From Myxococcota bacterium (GTDB lineage: Bacteria > Myxococcota > UBA4151), in NCBI GenBank assembly GCA_040260805.1, contig JBDQPD010000021.1:1-40513 (forward strand): a stretch of 40,513 nt of DNA, written 5' to 3'. Numbering within the stretch: position 1 is the first letter of the stretch; every line of letters starts with the position of its first letter. A model generated the notes under the pieces. The model was given only the letters and a program-made list of their open reading frames with translations. It made no database searches and was not told where the DNA came from. The position numbers and the translations under genes are program-made. Of this stretch, positions 9,103-18,004 are shown one piece after another.

Positions 9103-11375
9103 CAGCCCTCGCCTTTCTCAGTCTGTAGGTACTCTTGAATCGTCTCCTCGACTCGATTGAGTAGACGATGCAATTGACTAATCAGTCGCCCACATTCCTT
9201 GCGTTTGCCGAGCCGGGCCATCTGTTCGAGTCGTCTTGCGCATTCTCCCGCATCACGAAAGCCTAAGGTCAGAAGCGACCCTTTGAAGGTGTGCGCGTGA
9301 AGCGCAATTTGCCCATGATCCCCGCGCTCGAGCGCGCCGTCGAGCTCGCGCAAAATAGCTGGCGTTCTGTCCATGTGCTCGGTCAGAATTTCTTTGGCGA
9401 GTTCGTGGTTCGAATCGACCATCTCAAGAACGACTGCGATGCCTTCAGCGAGCAGCGCCGGCTCCGCCGAGAGGGGTTTGGCTAATGTCCGCCCCAGCGT
9501 CTGCGCAACCGCTTCAATCAGCACCTCTCGGCTGTGGGGTTTGGCGATAAATCCGATCATGCCTGCGTCCTTGCATCGCTGCTTTGCGCGGTCGGTCACG
9601 TCAGCACTCACGGCGATCACAGGGATACGCTCTGCGTGCGCGCAGCGACCCTCGGCTTCATAGCGACGCAGCTCGCCCACCGCTTCGATGCCGTCAACTT
9701 CAGGCATGTGTAGGTCGATGAGGATCAAGTCAAAAGCGTGCTCTTCAATGAGCTTGAGACCTTCTTTAGCGCCCTCGGCAGCCATCACATAGGCGCCAGC
9801 TTGTTCAAGCGGGGCGGTCATGATCAAGCGGTTGACCGGGTGATCATCAATGACCAAAAGATTCAATCCGGTCAGCCTGAGTTTGTCGTCAACAGCGAGA
9901 CGGCTCGGTGGCAAGTTTTTGAGGTGTCGAGGAAGCGCTTCGGACTCGATGAAGGGGAGCCGAATCGAGAGCGTGTAGGTGCTCCCTAGCCCTGATGCGG
10001 TTTGCAGATGCAATCGACCACCGATCAGCTCGGTCAGTCGAAGCGCTAGCGCGAGCGACAGGTTGGGGTCGTCAGCGAGTTGGTCGCTCAACCGGTCATC
10101 ACGCAGATTTTGCGACAAACTTCGGTCAGGTCGACCGATGCGAGACCCGGTATCGCGAACGGTGAAGCGAAGGTCTGCGATCCCGTCGGTCAAGCTGCGA
10201 AGACGAATCGACACGCTTACGGTCCCGCGCCGAGTATGACGCAGCGCATTGGCGATCAGGTTCAGCAAGGCTTTGGCTAAGCGGTCTGCGTCCCCGTCAA
10301 AGCCGCCCCCTAGAAGCTCGATGGGGAGCGCCGAGTACTCGACTTGGACCTCGTCAGTCGACACCAGCTCTTGGGCGCGCTTCGCCACATTATCGAGCCA
10401 AGAGCTGATCACGAAGGGCTCGGTGAGGAGCGCTTGGCTACCGATCTCAAGCTTTTCAAGCTCGAGAACTTCATCGATCAGTTGGCGAAGGCGGTTCGCA
10501 GACCCGTGGAGTGCGTGCGCCAGACGAACCTGTCGAGGCGACAGGGACTCGTCTCCAAGCAGCAGGTCGGTGAGCCCTAAAAGGCCGCCTAGCGGAGTTC
10601 GGAGTTCGTGAGACATATTGGCTAAGAAGGCGCTGCGTGCGCCCGTTCGAGCCTGCGCAATTTGGGTTCGAGTTTGGAGCTCGTTGACTCGCAGACGCGT
10701 CAGCCGCTCGAACGCCAGGGTAAACCCCAGCACCCAAAGCCAGATTCCCCAGACGGTGAGGTAGGGGGTGTCGATTAACGCTCGACCGCTGAATTGATCG
10801 TTGATGAGGGTCGCTGCGGTCAGCAGGCTGCCGAGTGCCATTGGTCGAATCAGATGACGTTCCTGGCGTGGTGTGCTTCTGTAGATCAGAACGCTTGAGA
10901 CGAGGATCAATAAGATCAGCGAAGTGCTGCCGTACAAAACCCAACCGGCGACGCTCGGGATGCTATAGTCAGCACCAAAGGCTACGAGTTTTCTGTGGAT
11001 CGGAGGACCGTAGCCAGAGGATGCGGTAAGAAACCCACCGGTCAAACAGACGGTCCAAAGACTGACTCTGAGCGTGGCAGATACTTGGCGTTTCAGCAGG
11101 CTAAAGGCTGCCTCAAACGCAAACGGGATCGAAGCAGCTACCGTCATGCTGGTAAACTGATGGATCAAGCGCCCATAGATAGGATCGAGGTTACTGTAAC
11201 CGATTCCCCAAGCGATTAGTGTGACTAAGCTCAGCATCGACAAACTTCGCACCCAGCCCAGGCCAGGCGGCACGGGTTTGGGCAGCAAGCGCTCAAGCTG
11301 AACCAGACGCCAATTGGCGAGCACGAGGGCGAGTGACGCCCAGATTGCCGCTGTGCTTAACCCGTTGAGACCCAA
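9102..11375 (-). CDS. Membrane hybrid sensor histidine kinase B (multi-TM, canonical HisKA, degenerate HATPase, REC, intact Hpt)
   Basis: H-box FLANMSHELRTPL; N-box NLIANALRHT; G1 DTGSRI; G2 replaced by DPNLSLALA; REC VIDD...LIDLHMP...AKPH; Hpt AHTFKGSLLTLG. TTG start at 11375 chosen from a GGAG RBS and alignment with kinase A (the ORF extends to 11447). Confidence 0.88.
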   Translation of the reverse strand: MGLNGLSTAAIWASLALVLANWRLVQLERLLPKPVPPGLGWVRSLSMLSLVTLIAWGIGYSNLDPIYGRLIHQFTSMTVAASIPFAFEAAFSLLKRQVSATLRVSLWTVCLTGGFLTASSGYGPPIHRKLVAFGADYSIPSVAGWVLYGSTSLILLILVSSVLIYRSTPRQERHLIRPMALGSLLTAATLINDQFSGRALIDTPYLTVWGIWLWVLGFTLAFERLTRLRVNELQTRTQIAQARTGARSAFLANMSHELRTPLGGLLGLTDLLLGDESLSPRQVRLAHALHGSANRLRQLIDEVLELEKLEIGSQALLTEPFVISSWLDNVAKRAQELVSTDEVQVEYSALPIELLGGGFDGDADRLAKALLNLIANALRHTRRGTVSVSIRLRSLTDGIADLRFTVRDTGSRIGRPDRSLSQNLRDDRLSDQLADDPNLSLALALRLTELIGGRLHLQTASGLGSTYTLSIRLPFIESEALPRHLKNLPPSRLAVDDKLRLTGLNLLVIDDHPVNRLIMTAPLEQAGAYVMAAEGAKEGLKLIEEHAFDLILIDLHMPEVDGIEAVGELRRYEAEGRCAHAERIPVIAVSADVTDRAKQRCKDAGMIGFIAKPHSREVLIEAVAQTLGRTLAKPLSAEPALLAEGIAVVLEMVDSNHELAKEILTEHMDRTPAILRELDGALERGDHGQIALHAHTFKGSLLTLGFRDAGECARRLEQMARLGKRKECGRLISQLHRLLNRVEETIQEYLQTEKGEG

Positions 11376-11515
11376 CCGAACTCCAACACCGAAGTGATCA
11401 ACGCGCTTGAAACCTAGTGTCGTTCGCGCCGATGACCGACTGTGCAACGCGCACGGCCACAGGGTCTAGTCCTTGCGGCGTGAATTTTCGTCCTGAGTCG
11501 AGGTGGTGAAAAGAC

Positions 11516-12175
11516 ATGAACCTGTTGATGATCATCGCGACGGTGTTGATGATTGGTTTAGCGGTCTATAGCCGCTGGACTGAGCCGGTTCTGCCTTATG
11601 GCGACGAGCGGCAGCGTCCTTTGTTCGCCACGGGCAGCTTTGTGCTGGGCTGCATCTACGGATTAGTGGTCTTGTTGTGGCTGTTTTACGGCTCGTCGTT
11701 GACCGGCGAGCAGCGTGAGGCTCGAACGGTAGAGCGTCAGCGGATTGCACGTTCTGGTGATACGCTGCTCAGGGCGCGAGCGGAGCGCTTGGCTGCTGCC
11801 GAGCGGCAACTGCGGATTGAGGACCAAGCTAAGCGGCGGACAGACCAAGAAAATGAGTGGAAACGCCAACGTGCCAGAGCGGTAGACCAGCGCGCGGTCG
11901 AGGAGATGTCGGCGGTCGTTTTAGAGGGCAAGAGTCAGGGCCCCTGTCATACCTTGCGGGGCTGCGTTTGTGGTTTGGCGAGTCAGTTTTCGGACTCCAA
12001 AATTCTGGCGCGTCGCTACCGGCGTTGGTGCCGTGGGTTTAGAAGTCTTGAGGGCGAATGGATGTGCCGAAGTCAGCTTCAGGTGGTCAAATCGGATCTG
12101 TATCGAAACCGCTTGGTCTTGATCGATAAGGGGTTAACGATTCCGACGGTCTGTCCACAACGCCAGAGCAATTGA
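11516..12175 (+). CDS. Hypothetical membrane protein (2 TM, coiled coil, Cys-containing C-terminal domain)
   Basis: Two hydrophobic segments, an R/E/Q-rich helical stretch and 6 Cys in the last ~80 aa; GAGG upstream. Confidence 0.65.
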   Translation: MNLLMIIATVLMIGLAVYSRWTEPVLPYGDERQRPLFATGSFVLGCIYGLVVLLWLFYGSSLTGEQREARTVERQRIARSGDTLLRARAERLAAAERQLRIEDQAKRRTDQENEWKRQRARAVDQRAVEEMSAVVLEGKSQGPCHTLRGCVCGLASQFSDSKILARRYRRWCRGFRSLEGEWMCRSQLQVVKSDLYRNRLVLIDKGLTIPTVCPQRQSN

Positions 12176-12972
12176 TGGGCGATTTGTGGAACGACTTGGT
12201 GACCGCCGAGAGTTACGCAGAGCATGTCGATCAGTGGCGGATTTATAGAGTATTGAACCAACGTTTAGCTGAAGTCGCTTGCGACGGAGTTGGGGTTCAC
12301 AGCGAAGCACAGGTGCTGGATCTGGGTTGCGGCACCGGCGCAACCTTGGAGGCTTTGCTGCAGTTTTTGCCGATGGGGGTTGATCTGCTCGCCGTCGACG
12401 CGGCGCAAGCGATGATCGATCAAGCTCGCCTGCGGCTGCCAGATCCCCGAATCACTTGGCGAGTCGAGCGAGCGGAGGATTTAGGCTTAGCCGATCAAAC
12501 TCGGTTTGATTTGATCACCTGCGGTGCAGCATTTTGGCATTTTGATCCTCAGGTCTATGACGCTGTTCTTAGCGCTTTAAAGCCTTTGGGACGGTTGGTC
12601 TTTAATGTTCCCGTCGCACAGTGCGCCGGCGAACAAGCGTCAAGGCATCCTGTTCAAGCTGCGCTCGCTGACTTGCTTGCGCGTCAACGTGATCAATTTC
12701 CTGCCGTTCACCCTCGCTTTGATCGCGCTGAATTTGAGCGCCGTTGTCGATCGCGAGGGCTGGTGTGCGAGTGGACGCCGCAGCGCTGGGAGGGGCGTCA
12801 AGCCGCGCTTATCGACTTACTGCGGATTCCGTCGATGGCTGAGCTGGTGGCGCCATCCATGCCGCGCCAGGCGCTCGATGAGCTCATCGAGCAGGCTGCT
12901 CAGCGCGTGGACGGCGATCAGCCGGTTTTCGTGGATTGGTGGATTGGTCGAGTTGAAAAGCTGACCCCTTGA
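12172..12972 (+). CDS. Class I SAM-dependent methyltransferase
   Basis: VLDLGCGTG, AVDAAQAMI, FDLITCGAAFWHF, LKPLGRLVF. Confidence 0.9.
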   Translation: MMGDLWNDLVTAESYAEHVDQWRIYRVLNQRLAEVACDGVGVHSEAQVLDLGCGTGATLEALLQFLPMGVDLLAVDAAQAMIDQARLRLPDPRITWRVERAEDLGLADQTRFDLITCGAAFWHFDPQVYDAVLSALKPLGRLVFNVPVAQCAGEQASRHPVQAALADLLARQRDQFPAVHPRFDRAEFERRCRSRGLVCEWTPQRWEGRQAALIDLLRIPSMAELVAPSMPRQALDELIEQAAQRVDGDQPVFVDWWIGRVEKLTP

Positions 12973-13394
12973 ATCGTGAAATGTTGACCGGCATCACTCA
13001 GAGCAAGCCCTGCGCAAGACACACAAACCAGGATCGGTAAGGGCATCGGGTAGACTAAGGCGTAGGCGAGATACATCAGGCCGATCAGCAGCGCTGTGCT
13101 TCGCGTCAAAACACCCAAAATCAGAAGAATTCCGCCGATCAGATGAACGAGCAAGACCGCCTGCGCAGCCAGCGAATCAAAGCTTGATAGCCGCGCCAGA
13201 AGGTCCGCAAATTCTGGAGCCAAGGTGCTCTGGTTGAGTCCGTGGTTGAGTCGTTTGATAAACCCGGTAGCCCCCCAGGAGTTGCGCAACAACTCGACGC
13301 CGCATTCAAAGACGAGCGTACCCATCACCAAGCGCATGATGACCAGCGCCGTTCGATCTCGGCGGTGAAACGGGTTCACGGGAGCTTGACCCAT
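12918..13394 (-). CDS. DoxX-family membrane protein
   Basis: LVIMRLVMG..., lIGGILLILGVLTR, C-terminal AGQHFTI; about 4 TM segments. Overlaps the convergent methyltransferase by 55 nt. Confidence 0.7.
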   Translation of the reverse strand: MGQAPVNPFHRRDRTALVIMRLVMGTLVFECGVELLRNSWGATGFIKRLNHGLNQSTLAPEFADLLARLSSFDSLAAQAVLLVHLIGGILLILGVLTRSTALLIGLMYLAYALVYPMPLPILVCVSCAGLALSDAGQHFTIQGVSFSTRPIHQSTKTG

Positions 13395-14665
13395 ATCAGC
13401 AACTCCAATCGGTCTGAATGCTCACTGGCGACGCCAGTGACGACGCCATTGTGGACGGACGCTAACTCGGGCCGATCATGAGCCCTCCACGGCCCTAAAT
13501 CAAAGGGAAGCGAGCTCAAGCCACCGATCATCAGGCGCTGACGCTCAACGCTCAACACGATCAACTCACCCTCGAGTGTGGTCAGGTTGAATGGACCATA
13601 GCGTGGGGTCGTGCTGATTCTGTCTTCACCTCGATAGTGACGAATTGCTCCGATCAGGCTCTCAGAGACGAAGGTGTCTTCGCTGTGTACCGCGCAGAAG
13701 GGACCACCAGCGACCGTGATCGAGCGCGTCAACTCGTGCTCAGAAGCGTCGCTGGTCATCACATCAGGCACGATGCCTGCGTCGCTGTTGGTGTCTGGGT
13801 TGAGCGGCGTAAAGCCCCAGGTGACGGTTTGCTCAGAGGGCTCAAAGCTGCAGACATAGAGCTGGTCATCAGCCAAGGAGCTGTGGTGCCACCGCCCCGG
13901 TTGTCCGTCGTAGCCAGTCAGGAGCCTGCGGTGTGTCCATTGACCGTCTGCGCTTCGCTGGCTCATCACCAGAGCCGGCGCTTGTTCAGCTTCTTCGGTG
14001 CCATGGATGAGAATTAACGCATCTCCAGAGAAGTGGAGTTGGGGATCGATTCCGCCGACCGCAAACGGGACCTCTTCATGTCGCCAGGCTGAATCCTCAT
14101 AGCGATAAAGGTGTGTGATCCGTTGAGGCATTTGCCTCGCCACCACCCACGGATTTTCTTGTCCATCAAAGGCCACATCAAGTTCGGCGCCGATCCAGAC
14201 GCCGTTACCTTGTTCGGCCAGGCGCTCGAGCTGCCATGAAGCGGTCGGGCCACGCCCGGCATCAGGGTCGTTGACGACGTCAGCAGCCGGACCCGCATCG
14301 GAGTGATTCACCTGAACGAAGCAGCCAAAGTATAAACCACCGACCCCCGAGAAGGCGACGCAGGGTTGATCGTTTGGTGATCTGGTCAGCGCAAAATTTC
14401 GCAGGTCTCCACTGTAACCTTCGAGAATCGGTAGCGTCTTGTGCACGCGCCAGCGCTCGGTGAGGCCAGCATCGTTAGGCCCCACTGAGCCGAGGTCAGG
14501 CTGACCTGAATCCACTCTTTGAGGGGGGAAGGTCCAGACGGGGGCGACCCCTGCATCAAAGGCTGGACCCGCATCGTGAGACCAGATCGGGTCCGTCTGG
14601 CACGCTGTGATCGAGAGCAGATAGAGTCCCCATGCGACTCTTGAGGGTTGACCGAGACCAAACAC
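13376..14665 (-). CDS. Putative lipoprotein, beta-rich (possible propeller) with DAG linkers
   Basis: Lipobox-like ITAC; repeated xDAG motifs; W-containing beta repeats (WQLERL, WRHEEV, WTHRRL). Start moved to GTG 14665 because the longer ORF overlaps tRNA-Cys. Confidence 0.6.
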   Translation of the reverse strand: MFGLGQPSRVAWGLYLLSITACQTDPIWSHDAGPAFDAGVAPVWTFPPQRVDSGQPDLGSVGPNDAGLTERWRVHKTLPILEGYSGDLRNFALTRSPNDQPCVAFSGVGGLYFGCFVQVNHSDAGPAADVVNDPDAGRGPTASWQLERLAEQGNGVWIGAELDVAFDGQENPWVVARQMPQRITHLYRYEDSAWRHEEVPFAVGGIDPQLHFSGDALILIHGTEEAEQAPALVMSQRSADGQWTHRRLLTGYDGQPGRWHHSSLADDQLYVCSFEPSEQTVTWGFTPLNPDTNSDAGIVPDVMTSDASEHELTRSITVAGGPFCAVHSEDTFVSESLIGAIRHYRGEDRISTTPRYGPFNLTTLEGELIVLSVERQRLMIGGLSSLPFDLGPWRAHDRPELASVHNGVVTGVASEHSDRLELLIWVKLP

Positions 14666-14687
14666 GGTTCTAATGCGCTCTCGCGCT

Positions 14688-14764
14688 GGCGTTGTACCCA
14701 AGTGGTTTAAGGGAGCGGTCTGCAAAACCGCGATTCACCGGTTCGAATCCGGTCAACGCCTCCA
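14688..14764 (+). tRNA. tRNA-Cys (GCA)
   Basis: Acceptor GGCGTTG/CAACGCC, anticodon arm GCGGT-CTGCAAA-ACCGC, T arm ACCGG-TTCGAAT-CCGGT, discriminator T, encoded CCA. Confidence 0.97.
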
Positions 14765-14799
14765 AAGGACAACTCATGAGTTGTCCTTTTGTTGTTTTT
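14764..14799 (+). terminator. Intrinsic terminator for tRNA-Cys (perfect 26-bp palindrome plus U-tract), overlapping the trmB 3' end
   Basis: AAAGGACAACTCATGAGTTGTCCTTT is its own reverse complement and is followed by TGTTGTTTTT. Confidence 0.75.
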
Positions 14800-15430
14800 G
14801 GCTGCGGTAGCGATAGCGCCAAACGGGCAACCCGCGTTTAGCATAGTACACCTCCCGCTCGGTCTTCGCCTCGCTAAAGGCTTCGTCGACGGTCGCGTAA
14901 GGGGCAACCTCATTTCGAAACAGCCCGCTGGTCTCGACCGCCTCGACCATAAACTCGACTAAGTCTTCGTTATCGCTTTGAAGTAAAAATTCCCCGTTAT
15001 CGATGAGGATTCGATGCAGTTTGCTGAGGAAATCACCAGTGATCAAACGACGCTTATGGTGCCGCTTTTTGAACCATGGGTCAGGGAAACTCACGAACGC
15101 TCGCTCGATCGAGCCTTCAGGTAAGACCTGATCGAGAAAGCGCGTCGCATCGACATGAACCACCGCAGCGTTACCAATGTCTTGCTGATCAAGTCGCAGG
15201 CGAGCCTCTTCGCAAAACGCCTCACGAACCTCGAGCCCGGCGATGCGTCGATCGGGATGGAGTTGAGCGTAGGCGCACAAGAAGTCGCCTAGCCCGATTC
15301 CAATATCGACCTCTTGGGGAAGGCCACCTAGAGCGGATTGCCAGTCTGGGACGACCAGCTGGTCCTCTCGATAGGTGAGCGGGTTGGTGTGATGCCGGAG
15401 TCTGTTTTTTGTTTTGGCGCGAAGTTTCAA
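14774..15430 (-). CDS. trmB: tRNA (guanine-N7)-methyltransferase
   Basis: RHHTNPL, VDIGIGLGDF, GLEVR, FPDPWFKKRHHKRR, QSDN, TERE. Confidence 0.95.
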   Translation of the reverse strand: MKLRAKTKNRLRHHTNPLTYREDQLVVPDWQSALGGLPQEVDIGIGLGDFLCAYAQLHPDRRIAGLEVREAFCEEARLRLDQQDIGNAAVVHVDATRFLDQVLPEGSIERAFVSFPDPWFKKRHHKRRLITGDFLSKLHRILIDNGEFLLQSDNEDLVEFMVEAVETSGLFRNEVAPYATVDEAFSEAKTEREVYYAKRGLPVWRYRYRSQKQQKDNS

Positions 15431-16392
15431 CGCTTCTCCAGCAAATCATCAAGTTTGAACAATCGAACATCCGCAAGGCTTTTAGAGCCCAGCGCTGCGG
15501 CCATCAAGCGATCTAATCCTAAAGCGATTCCAACCGTTGGAGGCAGGGCGCTGACGGCTTCGAAGAAGGAGCTATCGATCGGGAAGGGCGCTCGACCCAA
15601 GGCGATGCGTTCGTCCTGCCATTGGCGAAAGCGTCGCTCTTGTTCGGAGCCGTCGGTGAGTTCGTCAAAGGCGTTCGCAAGCTCGATGCCGTCAATGTAG
15701 AGCTCGAAGCGAGCGCAGAAGCGCTCATCGTCGTCGCACAGTCGAGCCATCGCCGCTTGCGACGCAGGATAACGCTCCACCACGACAGCGCCTAATCTAG
15801 CCAGAGCGGGCTCGACTCGACTGATCCAGGCGCGAAAAAACGCATCGTCCCAGGTGTCGTCATCAGCGCATTTTAGACCATGGCTGAGAAGGAGTGCTTT
15901 GAAGGACTCTGTTGAGGTGCTCGGATCCAAAGGACAGCCCACATGCTCCAAGAAAAGCGCCTCGACGGTGTATCGAGTGAGCGCTGGAGCGCATCGGCCG
16001 GTGTGTTCATAGGTTGCGCTGATCAAGGCTCTTAGGTCCTCGATCAGCGCATCGAACCCCTCGCCCGGGCGGTACCACTCGACCATCTCGAATTCGAGAT
16101 CATGCCAAGGGCCAGCTTCGTGATCGCGAAAGCACGGCGCAAGCTCAAAGATCGGTCCGCTACCCTGAGCGAGCAGCTTTTTATGCCACACCTCTGGGCT
16201 GGTCCTTAGATGAAGCTGCTGAGCTTGCCTGCCCAAGGGGTGCAGTTTGATCGGTACCGCCTCAAGGTGAGTCTCGCCTCCCGGCGACAAGACAGAGACC
16301 GGCGTGACCACCTCGAGCAGGCCTCGCTCGGTCAAGGTTCGTCGCACTGCCGCTCGCATCGCGTTGAGCGTGATCAGCTGGTCTTGGATCAT
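15427..16392 (-). CDS. epmA: EF-P lysine aminoacylase EpmA (GenX/PoxA)
   Basis: LEVVTP, LRTSPE..HKKLLA, CFRDHE...HDLEFEMVEWYR, YPASQAAMAR, RFELYIDGIELANAFDEL, GIALGLDRL; no anticodon-binding domain. Start at ATG 16392 after GAGGAG. Confidence 0.92.
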   Translation of the reverse strand: MIQDQLITLNAMRAAVRRTLTERGLLEVVTPVSVLSPGGETHLEAVPIKLHPLGRQAQQLHLRTSPEVWHKKLLAQGSGPIFELAPCFRDHEAGPWHDLEFEMVEWYRPGEGFDALIEDLRALISATYEHTGRCAPALTRYTVEALFLEHVGCPLDPSTSTESFKALLLSHGLKCADDDTWDDAFFRAWISRVEPALARLGAVVVERYPASQAAMARLCDDDERFCARFELYIDGIELANAFDELTDGSEQERRFRQWQDERIALGRAPFPIDSSFFEAVSALPPTVGIALGLDRLMAAALGSKSLADVRLFKLDDLLEKR

Positions 16393-16507
16393 GCTCATCT
16401 CCTCGCCGCTCCAGCATTCAAGCGCAAGCCTTGCGCAAGATGCGTCGTGCATATTGCCGGTTTGGGCCACCCGGTGCTAACTCCGTCGAGCAAGGAGCAG
16501 ACTCGCT

Positions 16508-18004
16508 ATGGCACGTTGTATCTTCGCTTTGATCCTCTTAGCCGCCACCCCTGCTTGGGCGGCGGGTTTCTTTCGGCCTGGAATTGGGGTCGGTAACCTC
16601 GGAGCCGGCGGTACGGGTGTCTCTGGCGGTGCGGTCGGGTATAGCCACTGGTATAATCCTGCCATGCTGAGTTTGACCACGGGGACGGCAGAGTTGACTC
16701 TGGACTGGACCGCCCTTGACGAGAACTTTTCGTACACGCGTAGCCGCGACGGATTGTTGCCGTCTGAGCGCGCAAGTGACCCGGCTACAGAGTTCGATTT
16801 ACAACAGAATTGCTGTGGCTTTGGTGGGGATACTACGATCTCAGATGAATCTGCGCCCAGGCAGATCCCATTTTTGGGTGTCGCCTTTCCTGTGCGCAAG
16901 GACACGGTGATTGGTTTAGCGATCTATGGGCCACAGGCGCCGGCACGACTGATGGATCGGGATGGAGCCCAGCGCTACAGCGCGGTGAGCAATGATATTA
17001 TTCTGGCGATCGCACAGATCTCAGCGGCTTACGGTCAAAAGAACTGGGGCGTCGGCTTAGGTTTGGCTAATTTTGATTTGAATGTCGGACAAGATTTTAC
17101 GCTCAGTGGTGACCAAAGGGGTACAGAAAACCCGCTTTTTGATGTCCTTGCGACGGTAAAGGTTCGCGACTCATTCATTCCCGTCGCCAATCTTGGATTT
17201 TGGGCGACGCCGCTGCCCGGTTTGCGCCTCGGCGTCAGTTGGCAACGCCCCCTAAAATTAAAGTGCACAGGTGAGGGGTCCAACGAGATCTGTGGTCACG
17301 TCGTGGCGGATGGCACCGTCGAAGCAGAATTAGGTCCCGGTTTTACTGAGGATCAAAATGGAGACCCCCTGGAGACTCCTGTGGCGAGCATCACCAGTAA
17401 CGATGGCGGCGCCTTGGTGATGAAGTTTCCTGACATGCTTCGTTTCGGTGCCACTCAGCGCGTGGCGACTGGACTCGAGTTATCGATTGAGGGGTTTTAT
17501 GAGGCTTGGGGTGAGATCGGTAATCTGACCTTCGTCCCCGACAATGTAGTTTTCGACGCTGCTGGGTCACAAATAAGTCTTGAAAATATCGTCTTCCCGC
17601 GCCGTTGGGATAATACGTACGGGGTTCGTTTTGGCACGCGCTGGGATATGCCCCAGAAGTGGACCAAGATTCCGGTACAGATGCGCTTGGGTTCGCAGTG
17701 GGAATCGTCGGCGGCTCCTCTGGTTGAGCTGGATACCGGCGGTTTGGATTGGGAGAAGTTGGGTTTGACCATCGGATTTGGAGTCGAGGTGATCAAAGGA
17801 TTACATGTTGACGCCTTTTACCTCAAAACGCTGACGGCGAACCTCACGGTGACCGACTCGAACATGCGCACCACCAATATTTTCCACGCGGATGAAGTGG
17901 CGAAGGGGAACGCAGGTTTGGAGACGGTCTCTGCGAACGGTGATTACGTGATCGAGCATCAGCGCTTCGGTGTGGGTGTGCGCTATGCCTTGGGGGTCAA
18001 TTGA
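16508..18004 (+). CDS. FadL/TodX-family outer-membrane hydrophobic-substrate transporter (paralog 1)
   Basis: Signal peptide ending AWA; mature N-terminus AGF...lG.GG...YNPAML (hatch NPA motif); alternating beta strands; terminal FGVGVRY. Confidence 0.8.
   Translation: MARCIFALILLAATPAWAAGFFRPGIGVGNLGAGGTGVSGGAVGYSHWYNPAMLSLTTGTAELTLDWTALDENFSYTRSRDGLLPSERASDPATEFDLQQNCCGFGGDTTISDESAPRQIPFLGVAFPVRKDTVIGLAIYGPQAPARLMDRDGAQRYSAVSNDIILAIAQISAAYGQKNWGVGLGLANFDLNVGQDFTLSGDQRGTENPLFDVLATVKVRDSFIPVANLGFWATPLPGLRLGVSWQRPLKLKCTGEGSNEICGHVVADGTVEAELGPGFTEDQNGDPLETPVASITSNDGGALVMKFPDMLRFGATQRVATGLELSIEGFYEAWGEIGNLTFVPDNVVFDAAGSQISLENIVFPRRWDNTYGVRFGTRWDMPQKWTKIPVQMRLGSQWESSAAPLVELDTGGLDWEKLGLTIGFGVEVIKGLHVDAFYLKTLTANLTVTDSNMRTTNIFHADEVAKGNAGLETVSANGDYVIEHQRFGVGVRYALGVN

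Noticed and set aside
12918..12972. 55-nt convergent overlap between the methyltransferase and DoxX genes as a regulatory device
   Set aside because: Short tail-to-tail overlaps are common in compact GC-rich genomes, and nothing else supports a function.
14666..14913. ORF extensions and short ORFs overlapping tRNA genes (also 20016-20303)
   Set aside because: They are antisense translations of tRNA sequence.
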